Shown here piece after piece: positions 22,223 through 24,000 of a stretch of 24,000 nucleotides of DNA (position 1 is its first letter; each line of letters starts with the position of its first letter). A model generated the notes under the pieces. It did not search any database and was not told the DNA's origin. It worked only from the letters and a program-made list of their open reading frames with translations. The stretch is from Candidatus Heimdallarchaeota archaeon. Its GTDB lineage: Archaea; Asgardarchaeota; Heimdallarchaeia; Heimdallarchaeales; Heimdallarchaeaceae. Position numbers and translations under genes: made by a program. The stretch spans positions 23,787 to 47,786 of the forward strand of contig DXJF01000114.1 in NCBI GenBank assembly GCA_019057375.1, in the 5' to 3' direction.

Positions 22223-23260
22223 ATGACAACGCTTGAAGAATATGAAACAATTGATCTCTTCTCTAATTGGGACCAAAAAACACAACCTATTATAACAATT
22301 GATAACCTAAAGAAATGGTTTCCTGTAAGTCAACAGTCAGTCCTTTTCTCTCGAGTGGTTGCAAATATTAAGGCTGTTGATGGGGTAAACCTATTTCTTA
22401 ACAAAGGTGAAACTCTGGGTCTAGTTGGTGAATCAGGCTGTGGTAAAAGTACAACAGCCAGAGTTATTGTCAAGTTAGAAAAACCTACTGAGGGTTCTAT
22501 TTATTTCAAAGGAATAGACATCTTCCAACCTATGTCTCGTGAAGAAGAACTAGCAGTTAAACGTCAATTACAGATGGTTTTCCAAGATCCTTATTCCAGT
22601 TTGAATCCAAGGAGAATGGTTCTTGATTTAATCAAAGAGCCTTTTGATATACATTATCCAGATATGCTCTATGAAGAAAAAGAATCAAGAGTCCTTGAAA
22701 TTCTTGCAAAGGTAGGATTAGAAGATTACCATGCTTTAAGATATCCTCACGAATTCAGTGGTGGTCAAAGACAAAGATTAGGGATTGCAAGGGCTTTAGC
22801 AATTCACCCAGAAGTAATTTTGTTAGATGAACCAGTTTCAGCTCTTGATGTCTCTGTGCAGGCACAAATCCTGAATCTTCTACATGACTTGCAAAAGGAT
22901 TTCGATCTAACTTTCATGTTTATTGCACATGATCTCAGTGTTATCAAACATGTCTCAGATAGAGTAGCAGTAATGTACCTAGGAAAAATCATGGAAATGT
23001 GTCCAACAGGAGAATTGTTTCGTAAGACAGCTCATCCCTATTCAGTATCTTTGCTTTCAGCTATTCCTCGTCCAGATCCTCGTATAAAAATGGATCGTAT
23101 AATTCTTGAGGGTGATGTTCCAAGTGCAATTAATCCTCCTACAGGATGTCCATTTCACCCAAGATGTTACAAGGCTCAAGAGATATGCTCAAAAGTTACT
23201 CCTCAATTAGAAGAACTAGAACCAAATCACTACGTTTCATGTCATTTTCCAGAAATTTAA
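22223..23260 (+). CDS. oppF: Oligopeptide/dipeptide ABC transporter ATP-binding protein (OppF/DppF)
   Basis: Walker A GESGCGKST, signature FSGGQRQR, Walker B ILLDEPVSALD, and a C-terminal GCPFHPRCYKAQEIC...VSCH. The start lies 2 nt after the oppD stop. Confidence 0.93.
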   Translation: MTTLEEYETIDLFSNWDQKTQPIITIDNLKKWFPVSQQSVLFSRVVANIKAVDGVNLFLNKGETLGLVGESGCGKSTTARVIVKLEKPTEGSIYFKGIDIFQPMSREEELAVKRQLQMVFQDPYSSLNPRRMVLDLIKEPFDIHYPDMLYEEKESRVLEILAKVGLEDYHALRYPHEFSGGQRQRLGIARALAIHPEVILLDEPVSALDVSVQAQILNLLHDLQKDFDLTFMFIAHDLSVIKHVSDRVAVMYLGKIMEMCPTGELFRKTAHPYSVSLLSAIPRPDPRIKMDRIILEGDVPSAINPPTGCPFHPRCYKAQEICSKVTPQLEELEPNHYVSCHFPEI

Positions 23261-23291
23261 TTTGTTACTTTTTTCTTTTCTTTTTATTTTT
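23261..23291 (+). terminator. Oligo-T tract, candidate archaeal-type terminator of the opp operon
   Basis: tttgttacttttttcttttctttttattttt follows the oppF stop directly. Archaeal termination typically uses T-runs. Confidence 0.3.
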
Positions 23292-23346
23292 GAATTAACT
23301 CTGAACAATAGAGAGTTTTTTAACTTTCTTAGGTAACAACCCCATA

Positions 23347-23925
23347 ATGCACGTGTCACAATATTTCAAGAAACGAACTTATACTTTCAAAGCATTCAGG
23401 CGAGACGTTTCAAAAATATTTAGAAATAGATCTCAGATTAGAGAATCTAGGAAAACAGAAAGATTGTCTCCACAGTTCAGAGAGCGAATTATGTTAGCAG
23501 TAACAGCTGTTAATGGTTGTAGATATTGTGAGTGGGGTCACACAAAAGCAGCATTAAATCTTGGGTGTACAGAAGAAGAAATAGAACAGATTATGAAACA
23601 CGATTTCGGTTCTTGTGACCCTGATGAAGTTATAGGTCTTGCTTATGCCCAACATTATGCTGAATCAGGTGGATCACCAGCAGAAGACGCAAAACAGAAA
23701 TTATTGGAATTTTATGGTGAACAGAAGGCTCGAGACATTCAACTATACATAGATATGGTTACAATAGGGAACTTACTTGGAAATACAGTAGATGCTTTTG
23801 AAAGTAGACTAAAGGGTTTACCACCAGAAAATGGATCGTTTCTATTTGAGTTGTTACTCTATTCCTTAGGTTTTCCTTTTGTTATTATCTTCAATAGAAA
23901 AGAGAAAAAGAAACGTAAAAATTAG
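23347..23925 (+). CDS. AhpD-like / carboxymuconolactone decarboxylase (CMD) family protein with a C-terminal hydrophobic tail
   Basis: CxxC-x3-H motif in VNGCRYCEWGH, typical of the AhpD/CMD core. 192 aa. C-terminal FLFELLLYSLGFPFVIIF followed by a Lys/Arg tail. Confidence 0.75.
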   Translation: MHVSQYFKKRTYTFKAFRRDVSKIFRNRSQIRESRKTERLSPQFRERIMLAVTAVNGCRYCEWGHTKAALNLGCTEEEIEQIMKHDFGSCDPDEVIGLAYAQHYAESGGSPAEDAKQKLLEFYGEQKARDIQLYIDMVTIGNLLGNTVDAFESRLKGLPPENGSFLFELLLYSLGFPFVIIFNRKEKKKRKN

Positions 23926-24000
23926 TAGCCTTCTTCAAGATTTACCTCATTCAAGAATTTCTTCTTACCTTTTGCAAATCTACGTAAATTTTCTATTTGT

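Noticed and set aside
18039-22992. Short ORFs inside the opp genes (18039-18305, 18411-18641, 20627-20833, 20855-21232, 21811-22149, 21839-22030, 21879-22124, 22804-22992), also 14235-14441 and 16651-16836
   Set aside because: They are antisense or off-frame within confidently assigned CDSs and are treated as spurious.
23922-24000. Possible 3' end of a convergent minus-strand gene (…QIENLRRFAKGKKKFLNEVNLEEGY*) at the right edge
   Set aside because: Only 26 codons are visible and there is no motif, so it cannot be distinguished from a chance open frame in AT-rich DNA.

Overview
This is an AT-rich, densely coding segment that reads as archaeal, probably Asgard/Lokiarchaeia-like. That lineage call is inference from an intron-containing tRNA, TATA-type promoter blocks, an Arf-family GTPase homolog, and HEAT and LVIVD proteins. 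Contents from left to right: (1) the uvrC start and uvrB on the minus strand. (2) Two small hypothetical ORFs on the plus strand. (3) A tightly packed five-gene minus-strand operon: an Arf-like pseudo-GTPase, a MoxR/ChlI-like AAA+ ATPase with a Zn-ribbon insert, a VWA/MIDAS protein, a 534-aa protein with a Glu-less zincin-like motif, and a HEAT-repeat protein. (4) A housekeeping block: NUDIX hydrolase, threonine dehydratase, DUF1624-type membrane acyltransferase, cysteine synthase. (5) An apparent ~4.3 kb insertion (12536-16868) that splits an intronless tRNA-Val(GAC) gene at the T-stem/T-loop junction. The insertion carries a beta-helix surface protein, an intact intron-containing tRNA-Val(GAC) with its own promoter block, and a 630-650 aa TnpB/Cas12-like gene. 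The 3' flank of that gene folds into an omega-RNA-like scaffold that abuts the tRNA fragment. (6) An Opp/Dpp-type ABC transporter operon whose first permease is fused to a 7x LVIVD beta-propeller and which has no substrate-binding-protein gene. (7) An AhpD/CMD-like protein. I saw no rRNA, CRISPR array, integrase or TnpA. All functional calls come from motif recognition by eye on the supplied translations and DNA; no database search or folding program was run.
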